From contig JBFWJY010000002.1 of assembly GCA_050252955.1 (NCBI GenBank), positions 66,680 to 130,679 of the forward strand: DNA of 64,000 nt. The letters are read 5' to 3'. The stretch is from Desulfomicrobium sp. (GTDB lineage: Bacteria > Desulfobacterota > Desulfovibrionia > Desulfovibrionales > Desulfomicrobiaceae). The notes below the pieces were generated by a model. That model was not told where the DNA came from. It did not search any database and saw only the letters and a program-made list of their open reading frames with translations. Positions 45,108 to 54,184 of this stretch are shown here, piece after piece (the stretch's first letter is position 1; every line of letters begins with the position of its first letter). Position numbers and translations under genes: made by a program.

Positions 45108-45127
45108 CATCAAACGGAAACAACACC

Positions 45128-45397
45128 ATGACCCATGACCAAACCTTGGCCGCCCTCTGCAAGGCCCTCGGGCACCCCGCGCGAGTGGCGATTCTCAAGC
45201 ATCTCTTGCAGGTTGACAGCTGCATCTGCGGCGAAATCGTGAACATCCTGCCCCTGGCCCAGTCCACGGTCAGCCAGCATCTGAAGCAGCTCAAGGAAGC
45301 GGGCCTGATCCGTGGCGAGATAGAGGGCCCGCGCATCTGCTACTGCGCGGACAAGGACAAGCTGGCCGAGCTCAAAAAACTCATCTCTTCCCTGTAG
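45128..45397 (+). CDS. ArsR/SmtB-family transcriptional regulator
   Basis: 89 aa. [11 protein letters not shown], a CIC motif ([10 protein letters not shown], cf. ArsR ELCVCDL) and recognition helix [16 protein letters not shown]. Confidence 0.85.
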   Translation: MTHDQTLAALCKALGHPARVAILKHLLQVDSCICGEIVNILPLAQSTVSQHLKQLKEAGLIRGEIEGPRICYCADKDKLAELKKLISSL

Positions 45398-45539
45398 GCG
45401 TGACATGAAACCACTCCATCCCTTTCCCATGGCCCCTTCCGGCCCGTGTTCAGGTCCGTGCGCCCCTGACGCGGCCTCCAGCCCTCCTGCCCCGGCACCG
45501 GGAGCGTGCTGAGGCCCGCCGCCGGCCCCTGGTGCAGGG

Positions 45540-46589
45540 GTGGACGATCTTCCGGGCTACAGCATCGAACACTACGTCGAAGCCTTCTTGCCCTCCGCCG
45601 CAGGGCGCATCCCGCGCCTGCGGACCAGCCCCACGGCGCTGGACCGGCTCGGGACCTGCCGGGCCCGGCTCGGCCTTGACCGCAACCACTACACCGTCAA
45701 CCCCGGCCTCTACGCCGTCGGCGCTCCCGACCCAGGCTCCCCGGTGGTCGTCACGGCCAACTACAAGCTGACCTTCGACACGGTCCGCTTCGCCCTGGCC
45801 GGACGCGACGTCTGGCTGCTGGTGGTCGACACGCGCGGCATCAACGTCTGGTGCGCGGGCGGCAAGGGCACCTTCAGCGCGGCCGGCGTCAGTGAGCAGG
45901 TCAATAAGACCGGGCTCGACCGCGTCGTGTCCCATCGCCGCCTGATCCTGCCCCAGCTCGGCGCCAACGGGGTGCGGGCCCGCGACCTGCGCAAGGCCTG
46001 CGGGTTCGAGGCCGTGTTCGGGCCCGTCCGGGCCGAGGATCTGCCCCGCTACCTCGACCTCGGCATCGACGAGGCCATGCGCGAGGTGACCTTCACCCTG
46101 AGGGAGCGCGCCGCCGTCATCCCCGTGGAACTGGTGCTGGGCTGGAAGCCCATCGTGGGCGCTTTCGCCGTGGCGGCGGTCCTGAGCCTCATGGGGCAGG
46201 GCTTCTCCCTCGCGGCCATCTGGAGCCGCTGGCTGGTGGCGGCGGTCGGCACCCTGCTGGGCCTTTTCTGCGGCTCGGTCCTGTTCCCGCTCCTCCTGCC
46301 GCGACTGCCGCGCGTCTTTTCCCTGGGCGGGGCCGGGCTTGGGCTGGCCGGCGCCCTGGCGCTGCCGCTTCTCTTCCCGCACGCCGCCTGGCCGACCCTG
46401 GCCGGGGCCGGGCTGTGGGCCGCCGTTCTCTCGTCATGGCTTGGCCTCAACTTCACGGGCTCCACGCCATACACCTCGCCTTCGGGCGTGGAGAGGGAGA
46501 TGCGCCGGGCCATCCCCGTCCTGGCGGCCTGCACCCTGCTGGCCGCGATCCTGTTCGTGGTCGGAAACTTCGCCGGAGGGACCGCATGA
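45540..46589 (+). CDS. hgcA: Mercury methylation corrinoid protein HgcA
   Basis: Hallmark cap-helix motif GINVWCAGGKGTF (N(V/I)WCA(A/G)GK), with about 5 C-terminal TM helices. GTG start at 45540 (weak SD). The stop overlaps the hgcB ATG (ATGA). Confidence 0.9.
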   Translation: MDDLPGYSIEHYVEAFLPSAAGRIPRLRTSPTALDRLGTCRARLGLDRNHYTVNPGLYAVGAPDPGSPVVVTANYKLTFDTVRFALAGRDVWLLVVDTRGINVWCAGGKGTFSAAGVSEQVNKTGLDRVVSHRRLILPQLGANGVRARDLRKACGFEAVFGPVRAEDLPRYLDLGIDEAMREVTFTLRERAAVIPVELVLGWKPIVGAFAVAAVLSLMGQGFSLAAIWSRWLVAAVGTLLGLFCGSVLFPLLLPRLPRVFSLGGAGLGLAGALALPLLFPHAAWPTLAGAGLWAAVLSSWLGLNFTGSTPYTSPSGVEREMRRAIPVLAACTLLAAILFVVGNFAGGTA

Positions 46590-46861
46590 AACGCTACCGA
46601 CACCTCGAAAACGTGGCCACCCTGGCCTACGACCGCGAGAAATGCGTGGGCTGCGGCCTGTGCGCCACGGTCTGCCCGCACCGCATCTTCGCCGTGCGGA
46701 ACGGCAAGGCCGAAGTGTTGGACCGCGAGGCCTGCATGGAGTGCGGGGCCTGCGCCCTGAACTGCCCCACCGCGGCCGTCACCGTCACGCCCGGCGTGGG
46801 CTGCGCGCAGTACATCATCCAGACCTGGCTGCCGGGCAAACGCGGGACTTCCTGCTGCTGA
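46586..46861 (+). CDS. hgcB: Mercury methylation ferredoxin HgcB
   Basis: Two 4Fe-4S motifs (CVGCGLCATVCP, CMECGACALNCP), an additional Cys (GVGCAQ) and the C-terminal vicinal pair ...TSCC. Confidence 0.9.
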   Translation: MKRYRHLENVATLAYDREKCVGCGLCATVCPHRIFAVRNGKAEVLDREACMECGACALNCPTAAVTVTPGVGCAQYIIQTWLPGKRGTSCC

Positions 46862-46920
46862 ATCCTTGACCGCGGCGCGGAAATGCAGGAATTCTCCGAC
46901 TTCCAAACCACGGAGGAAAC

Positions 46921-47475
46921 ATGCTCGACCGCACCGAAGCCCTGGCCATGATCAAGGCCACCGCCCCCGACCACCTCATCGTTCACGCCCTGGAGACCGA
47001 AGCCGTCATGCGCGCCCTGGCCGCCCGCCTGGGCCAAGACCCCGAAACCTGGGGCCTGGCCGGCCTGCTGCACGACCTCGACTACCCCGAGACCAAGGAT
47101 ACCCCCGAAAAGCACGGCCTGCTGACCGCCGAAACCCTGGCCGGCAAGCTGCCCGAGGAAGCCGTGCACGCCATCGCCCGCCACAACGAGATGAACGGCA
47201 ACCTGCCGCAGTCTGACTTCGATTTCGCCCTGCGCTGCGGCGAGACCGTGACCGGCCTCATCCACACCGCAGCCCTGGTCCGCCCCACCCGCATGCAGGG
47301 CATGGAGGCCAAGAGCCTGAAGAAAAAGATGAAGGACAAGGCCTTCGCCGCCTCGGTCTGCCGCGAGACCATCAAGGAATGCGAAAAGATCGGCCTGGAG
47401 CTGGGCGACTTCCTGACGCTCTCCATCGCGGCCATCACGGGCATTGAGCACGAAGTAGGGCTGGCGGCGTCCTGA
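46921..47475 (+). CDS. HD-domain phosphohydrolase
   Basis: H...HD metal-binding pattern (VHALETEAV...GLLHDLDYPET...HG...ARHN). 184 aa. Confidence 0.75.
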   Translation: MLDRTEALAMIKATAPDHLIVHALETEAVMRALAARLGQDPETWGLAGLLHDLDYPETKDTPEKHGLLTAETLAGKLPEEAVHAIARHNEMNGNLPQSDFDFALRCGETVTGLIHTAALVRPTRMQGMEAKSLKKKMKDKAFAASVCRETIKECEKIGLELGDFLTLSIAAITGIEHEVGLAAS

Positions 47476-47480
47476 GCTTC

Positions 47481-50400
47481 ATGGAAGGCTTCCTCCTCCA
47501 CGCCTCAAACCGCCTGGAAAACCTGGCCGAACTGCTGGCCGAGGTTCTGAAAGCTCCGCTGGACCCCATGGAGCCCGAGACCATTATGGTCCAGTCCGGC
47601 GGTATGCAGCGCTGGGTCTCCATGCAGCTGGCCCGCCGTCATGGAGTCTGCGCGGGCGTGCGCTTCCCGTTTCCCGTCGGTTTCGCCTACGAACTCTGCC
47701 GGGACCTGCGGGCCGACCTGCCCCTCGAATACCCCTTGAGCCAGGAGCGCATGCTCTGGCGCATCACGCACCTGCTGCGCGGCCTGCTGGACGAGCCGGA
47801 GTTCGCGCCGCTGGCGCGCTACGTGCGCGAGGATTCGGAACTCAAGTCCGTGCAACTGGCCGAGCGCATCGCCTATCATTTCGACCAGTATCTCATCTTT
47901 CGGCCGGAGTGGGCCGCACGCTGGGAGAACCATGAACCGAGCGGGAACTTCCTCCTGCCCGGCCACATCGCCAGCGAAGCCTGGCAGGCCCGGCTATGGC
48001 GGGAACTGATCCGGGACATGGGAGGGGAGCATCGCGCGGCGCTGCTGCGACGGACCATCACCAAGCTGGAAAAAGGCTCGTCCCTGCCAGAACTCCCCAC
48101 CCGCGTCTGCGTCTTCGGCATCCCGACCCTGCCTCCGGTCTATCTCGATCTTTTGAAAGCCCTGTCCAGGCACAGCCAGGTGCACGTCTTTTTGCTCAGC
48201 CCCTGCCGAAAGTACAGGGGCGATCTTCTGACGCATCGGGAACGTCGGCGCGCCTACCGCGCGGGAGAACACGCCTCCCCGGAACGACCCGAGGACGCAA
48301 TGCCGCTGGCGGGTCTCGGCGCGGTAGGGAAAGACTTTCTGGAACTGCTGATGGACCGGGACGCGCTGGAAACGGGGCTTTACGAGGAGCCCGACGCGGA
48401 TACCATGCTCGGACAGCTCCAGGCCGACATTCTCGACCTGAACATACGCGACGAAAAGACGGATTTCTCCGACGACTCCATCCAGATCCACTGCTGCCAC
48501 AGTCCCCTGCGCGAAATGGAGGTCCTGAAGGACCTGATCCTCGACCTCCTGTCCAATGACCCGTCCCTCACCCCTCAGGACATCCTGGTCATGAACCCGG
48601 ACATCGAGGCCTACGCGCCGGTCATCCAAGCCGTGTTCGGGACTCCCGGCGAGGACGCCGTTCCCTACTCCATCTCCGACCGCAAGCCCACCAGGGCTGC
48701 CGAAACCATCCGCCTCTTCCTGGAACTCCTGGAGTTCGGCCAGCACCGTTTCGAGGCCTCGCGCGTCTGCGCCCTGCTCGAAGCCCCGCCAGTGCGGCAG
48801 CGCCTGGGCCTGGATGCGTCCGACACGCAGCGCGTGCTGGAGTGGGTGCGCGCATCCGGCGTGCGCTGGGGACTCGATCGGAATTTCCGCAGGAATGCGG
48901 GGCTGGGGGATTTCGGCCAGAACACGTGGGAGAGCGGCCTTTCGCGCCTGTACCTCGGGTACATGACCGGCGTGGCGGACCCGCTGGGCGGCATCGCCCC
49001 GCTGGCGCTGCGCGGCTCGGTCGAACAGGAGCTGCTGGGCCGCGTGACCGCCTGGATCGACGAACTTGCCACCCTGTGGTCCAGGCTGCATGACACGCGC
49101 ACGCCTTCCGCCTGGCGGGACTGCCTGCTCTGGATCCTGGACGCCTTCTTCCCCCAGGACCCCGCCCAGGCCGAGCATCTGCTGGCCATCCGCAGGACCG
49201 TGACCGACCTGGCCGGCGAGATGGACGACTTCGAGGCCGACGCCCGGACCATGCTCCATCTCATCCGCAAACGCCTGGACGAGAGCGGCGGCGAGTCGGG
49301 ATTTCTGGCCGCAGGCCTGACTTTCTGCGGCCTGAGGCCCATGCGCTCCATTCCCTTCCGGGTCATCTGCCTGACGGGCCTGACCAGCACGGCCTTCCCG
49401 CGCCAGGACACGCCCCCGGGCTTCGACCTCATGGCCGCCCGCCCGAGGCCCGGCGACCGGTCCTTGCGCGAGGACGACCGCTACCTGTTCCTGGAGAGCA
49501 TCATCTCGGCCCGGGACAGCGTCATCCTGACCTACCCCGGCCTGTCACAGTCCGACAACGCCGAGGCGCCGCCCTCGGTCCTGGTCTCGGAACTGCTCGA
49601 TTTCCTGGACAAAGGGTGCACGGTTGACGGCCGAAAACCCTCGGAGGCCATTGTTTTCAAACACAAGCTGCAGGCCTTCCATCCGGACTATTTCAGCGCA
49701 GGGTCGCACCTTTTCTCCTACTCTGCCCAGAACCGCGACGCGGCGCTGGCACTGTTTGCCGAGCACCGGTCCAGGCAATTCTTCCCCGCGACCGATGCTC
49801 CCGAAGATGCACAGGCGGAGCGTGACATCGAAATCGACATCGAAGAGCTGACCCGCTTCCTGACCCATCCCTGCCGCCATCTGCTGCGCGGCCTGCGCAT
49901 CGACCCAGGCAGAGGCGAGGACGATTTTCTGGACGAGGAGCCCCTGGCCGCGCCCACGGGCCTCGAAGCCTACGGCCCCTTGCAGGACCTCCTGCGCACG
50001 GCCCTGGACGAGCCCGCCGCCAATCTGGAGGGTCTGCTCCTGGCCTGGCAGCTCCTGCCGCCGGGCCAGGCCGGGACCGACGCGAGCCGGAAACTCTGCT
50101 CCCAGATCCGTGCCCTGGCCGACCAGGCCCGGGCCGTCATCGGCGACGAAAAGGCCGCGCGCCTCGACCTGAAGCTGCCACTGGGCAGGGTCACGCTCAC
50201 AGGCCGCCTCGACCTCCACGGCGACCGCATCGTGACCTGCCGCCCGGCCAAGACCAAAAGCTCGGACATGCTCCGCGTGTGGGTCCGCCATCTGGCCGCA
50301 TCGGCCACGGGCCTTGCCGCCCAATCCATGCACATCGGCACCGATGAATGCTTCCCCGCACCCGAGGCACCGGACGCCCGGAACCTCCTCGAACGGTTAC

Positions 50401-50675
50401 TGCGGATCTATACGCAGGGAATGCGCGCCCCCATCCCTCTTTTTCCCCGGACGTCCCTGGCCTTCGCCGAGGCCCGCTTCAAGGGCCGCAAGCCCAAGGA
50501 GCGCCCCGAGGCTTTGGTGCAGGCCATGCGCCAATGGGAAGGCGGCTACATGGTCAACCCCGAGCGCGACGACCCGCATCTGGCCTTCCTCTTCCGCGAC
50601 GCCGAACCGGACTGGGAGCGCTTCGCGGACGTGGCCGAGGAAATCTACGGCCCCATTCTGGGAGGCGCCCAGTGA
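47481..50675 (+). CDS. recC: Exodeoxyribonuclease V gamma subunit RecC
   Basis: 1064 aa. N-terminus LLHASNRLENLAELL is typical of RecC. The stop overlaps the recB ATG by 1 nt. Confidence 0.85.
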   Translation: MEGFLLHASNRLENLAELLAEVLKAPLDPMEPETIMVQSGGMQRWVSMQLARRHGVCAGVRFPFPVGFAYELCRDLRADLPLEYPLSQERMLWRITHLLRGLLDEPEFAPLARYVREDSELKSVQLAERIAYHFDQYLIFRPEWAARWENHEPSGNFLLPGHIASEAWQARLWRELIRDMGGEHRAALLRRTITKLEKGSSLPELPTRVCVFGIPTLPPVYLDLLKALSRHSQVHVFLLSPCRKYRGDLLTHRERRRAYRAGEHASPERPEDAMPLAGLGAVGKDFLELLMDRDALETGLYEEPDADTMLGQLQADILDLNIRDEKTDFSDDSIQIHCCHSPLREMEVLKDLILDLLSNDPSLTPQDILVMNPDIEAYAPVIQAVFGTPGEDAVPYSISDRKPTRAAETIRLFLELLEFGQHRFEASRVCALLEAPPVRQRLGLDASDTQRVLEWVRASGVRWGLDRNFRRNAGLGDFGQNTWESGLSRLYLGYMTGVADPLGGIAPLALRGSVEQELLGRVTAWIDELATLWSRLHDTRTPSAWRDCLLWILDAFFPQDPAQAEHLLAIRRTVTDLAGEMDDFEADARTMLHLIRKRLDESGGESGFLAAGLTFCGLRPMRSIPFRVICLTGLTSTAFPRQDTPPGFDLMAARPRPGDRSLREDDRYLFLESIISARDSVILTYPGLSQSDNAEAPPSVLVSELLDFLDKGCTVDGRKPSEAIVFKHKLQAFHPDYFSAGSHLFSYSAQNRDAALALFAEHRSRQFFPATDAPEDAQAERDIEIDIEELTRFLTHPCRHLLRGLRIDPGRGEDDFLDEEPLAAPTGLEAYGPLQDLLRTALDEPAANLEGLLLAWQLLPPGQAGTDASRKLCSQIRALADQARAVIGDEKAARLDLKLPLGRVTLTGRLDLHGDRIVTCRPAKTKSSDMLRVWVRHLAASATGLAAQSMHIGTDECFPAPEAPDARNLLERLLRIYTQGMRAPIPLFPRTSLAFAEARFKGRKPKERPEALVQAMRQWEGGYMVNPERDDPHLAFLFRDAEPDWERFADVAEEIYGPILGGAQ

Positions 50676-53600
50676 TGGAGCCCATGAACCTCTGCACCGC
50701 TCCCCTGGACGGCACGACCCTCATCGAGGCCAGCGCCGGCACCGGCAAGACCTACACCCTGACCGGCCTCTTCGTGCGCCTGCTGCTGGAGAAGGGTCTG
50801 ACCGTGGACCAGATCCTGGTGGTGACCTTCACGGACGCGGCCACCCAGGAACTGCGCGGGCGGATTCGCGAACGTCTGACGGAAATTCTGCAAGTGCTGC
50901 AGAGAGCACGCGCGCCCAAAAACAAAGATGCGCTGGAATCCTTCGTGTCCCAGATGACCGATCCGGTCGCCGTCCGCCAGATCGAACTCGCCCTGCGCAA
51001 CTTCGACCTGGCCCAGGTCTTCACCATCCACGGCTTCTGCCAGCGCATGCTCGTGCGCAACGGCTTCGAGTGCTCGGCCCTCTTCGACACGCAGCTCGAA
51101 CCTGACCTCTCGGACCTGCGCCGCCAGGTCTGCGTGGATTTCTGGCGCAGTCGCATCCTGCCCCTTGACGGCCTGACCGGCACGGAAGTGCGCAAGCAGC
51201 TGCCCCCGGACCATCTCACGGAACTGTCCGGCCTGCCCTTCCTGGCCCAGCGCATCCGCATCGTGCCGGACAGCCCCGCGCCGGACCCCGCGCCCCTGGA
51301 CCGGGCGGTGCGTGAGGCATGCGAAAGGCTCATGGCGTCCTGGCCGGTTACGGAATCGGAGGTCCGAACGCTCCTTCTGGCCCGGACGGACAATTTCAAC
51401 GCCCGCCAATTTTCGCCGCAGAAGCTGGATCAGCGTCTGAAAGGGGCGCGCGACTTCCTGAACGATCCGAGGCTCGATGCCAAGGAGCAGCTCAAGGCCC
51501 TCGGCGAACTGACCTCGACGTACGTGCGGGGCATGACCAAAAAGGCCTTCACCGCCCCGGAGCACCCGCTGTTCGACGAGATCCAGGATATCCTGGACCG
51601 TGTCGAGGCCCTGCGGCAGGCGCTGGGGCCCTTCGTGGTCCACCTGCGCCACGATTTCCTCTCGGGCGTGACGGCGCGCCTGGACGACCTCAAGCGGCGG
51701 CGCAACGTGCTGGGTTTCGACGACCTGCTGCGGAACATGCACGCCGCCCTGGCCAGCCCCGAGCTGGTCGCGGCGGCTCGGACCCAGTACCGGGCGGCCC
51801 TCATCGACGAGTTCCAGGACACCGACGGCCTGCAGTACGACATCTTCCGCACCCTCTTCGCCACCGGCGACGGGGAGAACAGCCTGTTTCTCATCGGCGA
51901 CCCCAAGCAGGCCATCTACTCCTTCCGGGGCGCGGACCTGCACACGTACCTTACCGCGGCCGAAAGCTGCGAGCGCGGCATGACGCTGGGCGTCAACTAC
52001 CGCTCCACGCCGGAGCTCATCAACGCCGTGAACCGGCTGTTTTTCAGACCAGACAACCCAAAGCCCTTCCTGGACCCGAAAATCGGCTACCAGCCCGTGA
52101 GCGCCCCGGACGAAGAGCGGGACCGCTTCCGCGAAGACGGGCATACACCCGCGCCCATGGTCCTCTGGCAGGTCAAGAGCGCGGACAAGCCCCTGGCCAA
52201 GGGGGCCCTTGCCCCGCGCATCTGCCGGGCCGTGGCCGCCGAGATCAGCCGCCTGCTGCGGGGCGCGGGCGCAGGGCGCATCCGCATCGGCGAGGCGCCG
52301 CTCCTGCCCGGAGACATCGCCGTTCTGGTCGAGACCCACGCCCAGGGCGAGGCCGTCCACCAAGCCCTTGGCACGCTGCACATCCCGAGCGTCGTGACCC
52401 ACACCTCGTCGGTCTTTGCCAGCCCCGAGGCGGCGGAGCTCCTGTCCGTGCTGCGCGGCATGGCCGAATGCCAGCGCCCGGCGGCCCTGCGCACGGCCCT
52501 GGCCGCGCCCATGATCGGCCTGACGGCCCCGGACCTCGCGCTCATCGACGAGGACGGCGAAAAACTCGAGGCGTGGTTCGATCGCTTCCTCGCCTGCCGC
52601 GAACTGTGGGACCGCCGGGGTGTCATGGCCGCCGCGCGCCGACTCTTCGCAGGCCAGGATGTGCGAGGGCGCCTTGTCTCCCTGCCGGACGGCGAACGGC
52701 GCATGACCAACGTCCTGCACTGTCTGGAACTGCTCCACAGCCGGGAACGCGAGTCGGGCGCGTCCATGCACGCCCTGCTGACATGGTTCGCCCGGCGGCT
52801 CGGCACCGACAGCACCGAGGAATCCCAGCTCCGCCTGGACACGGACCGCGACGCGGTGCAGATCGTGACCATTCACAAGAGCAAGGGGCTCCAATACCCG
52901 GTGGTCTTCTGTCCCTTCATCTTTGGCCGGGCCAGATGCCCCGAGGACCGGGCCCTGATCCACGAAGGCGGGTTGCTCCTCGACCTGGGCACGGAGGAGC
53001 TGCCAAGGCGCATAGGCCAGGCCCTGTCCGAGGCCCAGGCCGAGCGCGTGCGACTGCTGTACGTGGCCCTGACCCGCGCCAAGTGCCGCTGCTACGCGAT
53101 CTGGGGCCGCATCAACGAGGCCGAGACCTCGGGCGCGGCCTGGCTGTTCCACGGGCACCGCGCCGGCGAAAACAGCTCCCTGAACTGGGAAGACGTCGAT
53201 GAGGAGATGGTTAGCGAGGACCTGCTCGAACTGGCGGGCGACGACATTGAGGTCGCGGAACTGCCAGGCGCCGAACCCGAGGCGGGTCCGCCGCAGTTCA
53301 CCCATGCCCCTGACCTGCGATGCCGGGACTGGGACCGCGTTCTGGGCTCCGGCTTCGGGCTGGCGAGCTTCACCGGCCTGACCCGTGGCATGGAACACGG
53401 GACGCGGCCGGGCCTGGATGAGACTGATGCGTCAGGCACCGCTTCGGACGAATGGTCCATGGCGAATTTCCCGCGCGGCGCAGCCGCCGGCTCGTGCCTG
53501 CACAGGGTTTTCGAACGCATCGATTTCGCGGACGAGAGCACCGTCCCCACCGCCGTGACCGAGGCGCTGGCCGCTTACGGCTTCGCCCCGGACTGGCATC

Positions 53601-54184
53601 AAACTGTCCATGACATGGTCAAACGGGTCCTGCACGCGGATCTGGGAGATGCGCTGCGTTTGAGAGGCATCGAACAGAAGAACAAGCTGGTCGAGCTGGA
53701 ATTCCTCTTCCCCCTGCGCCCCGTGACCCGCGAGGCCCTGGCCGCCGTGTACCGGGACGCCGCCGGGCTCCTGCCGCCCGACCTGCCGGAACGCATGGGC
53801 AACCTGCGTTTCGAGCCGCGCCGGGGCTTCATGACCGGGTTCATGGATCTGGTCGTGCGCAGCGGTGAAAAATATTACCTCCTCGATTGGAAATCCAACT
53901 GGCTCGGGCCCACTCCCGGCCACTACACCCAGGACGCCCTGCACGCGGCCATGGCCGACAGCCACTACTTCCTGCAGTACCACCTCTACTGCCTGGCCCT
54001 GAAGCGCCACCTGGCCCTGCGCAATCCAAAGTTCGACTACGCGGAGCACTTCGGTGGTGTGCGCTACGTCTTCCTGCGCGGCGTGGACCCGCAGCGGCCG
54101 GGCCAGGGCGTGCATCAGGACCGCCCGGACCCGCGCTTCCTCGATGCGTTGGACAAGGCCCTCATCGACATGGAGACCCGCTGA
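50675..54184 (+). CDS. recB: Exodeoxyribonuclease V beta subunit RecB
   Basis: UvrD-type helicase motif I (EASAGTGKTYTL), LIDEFQDTD, FLIGDPKQAIYSFRGA and a C-terminal PD-(D/E)xK nuclease (MDLVV...YYLLDWKSN). True start at MEPMNL (50675), not the track start at 50348. Confidence 0.9.
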   Translation: MEPMNLCTAPLDGTTLIEASAGTGKTYTLTGLFVRLLLEKGLTVDQILVVTFTDAATQELRGRIRERLTEILQVLQRARAPKNKDALESFVSQMTDPVAVRQIELALRNFDLAQVFTIHGFCQRMLVRNGFECSALFDTQLEPDLSDLRRQVCVDFWRSRILPLDGLTGTEVRKQLPPDHLTELSGLPFLAQRIRIVPDSPAPDPAPLDRAVREACERLMASWPVTESEVRTLLLARTDNFNARQFSPQKLDQRLKGARDFLNDPRLDAKEQLKALGELTSTYVRGMTKKAFTAPEHPLFDEIQDILDRVEALRQALGPFVVHLRHDFLSGVTARLDDLKRRRNVLGFDDLLRNMHAALASPELVAAARTQYRAALIDEFQDTDGLQYDIFRTLFATGDGENSLFLIGDPKQAIYSFRGADLHTYLTAAESCERGMTLGVNYRSTPELINAVNRLFFRPDNPKPFLDPKIGYQPVSAPDEERDRFREDGHTPAPMVLWQVKSADKPLAKGALAPRICRAVAAEISRLLRGAGAGRIRIGEAPLLPGDIAVLVETHAQGEAVHQALGTLHIPSVVTHTSSVFASPEAAELLSVLRGMAECQRPAALRTALAAPMIGLTAPDLALIDEDGEKLEAWFDRFLACRELWDRRGVMAAARRLFAGQDVRGRLVSLPDGERRMTNVLHCLELLHSRERESGASMHALLTWFARRLGTDSTEESQLRLDTDRDAVQIVTIHKSKGLQYPVVFCPFIFGRARCPEDRALIHEGGLLLDLGTEELPRRIGQALSEAQAERVRLLYVALTRAKCRCYAIWGRINEAETSGAAWLFHGHRAGENSSLNWEDVDEEMVSEDLLELAGDDIEVAELPGAEPEAGPPQFTHAPDLRCRDWDRVLGSGFGLASFTGLTRGMEHGTRPGLDETDASGTASDEWSMANFPRGAAAGSCLHRVFERIDFADESTVPTAVTEALAAYGFAPDWHQTVHDMVKRVLHADLGDALRLRGIEQKNKLVELEFLFPLRPVTREALAAVYRDAAGLLPPDLPERMGNLRFEPRRGFMTGFMDLVVRSGEKYYLLDWKSNWLGPTPGHYTQDALHAAMADSHYFLQYHLYCLALKRHLALRNPKFDYAEHFGGVRYVFLRGVDPQRPGQGVHQDRPDPRFLDALDKALIDMETR

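Noticed and set aside
45450-46382. 310-aa minus-strand ORF overlapping hgcA, and 46049-46906 overlapping hgcA/hgcB.
   Set aside because: It is antisense to a gene with the diagnostic HgcA motif, and its translation is Arg/Gly/Ala-rich and repetitive.
50645-53398. 917-aa minus-strand ORF antisense to recB. Similar long antisense or alternate-frame ORFs occur at 47994-49259, 49545-50333 and 54249-55496.
   Set aside because: It is Arg/Ala/Gly/Pro-rich low-complexity translation typical of high-GC antisense frames. The plus strand carries unambiguous RecC/RecB/RecD helicase and nuclease motifs.
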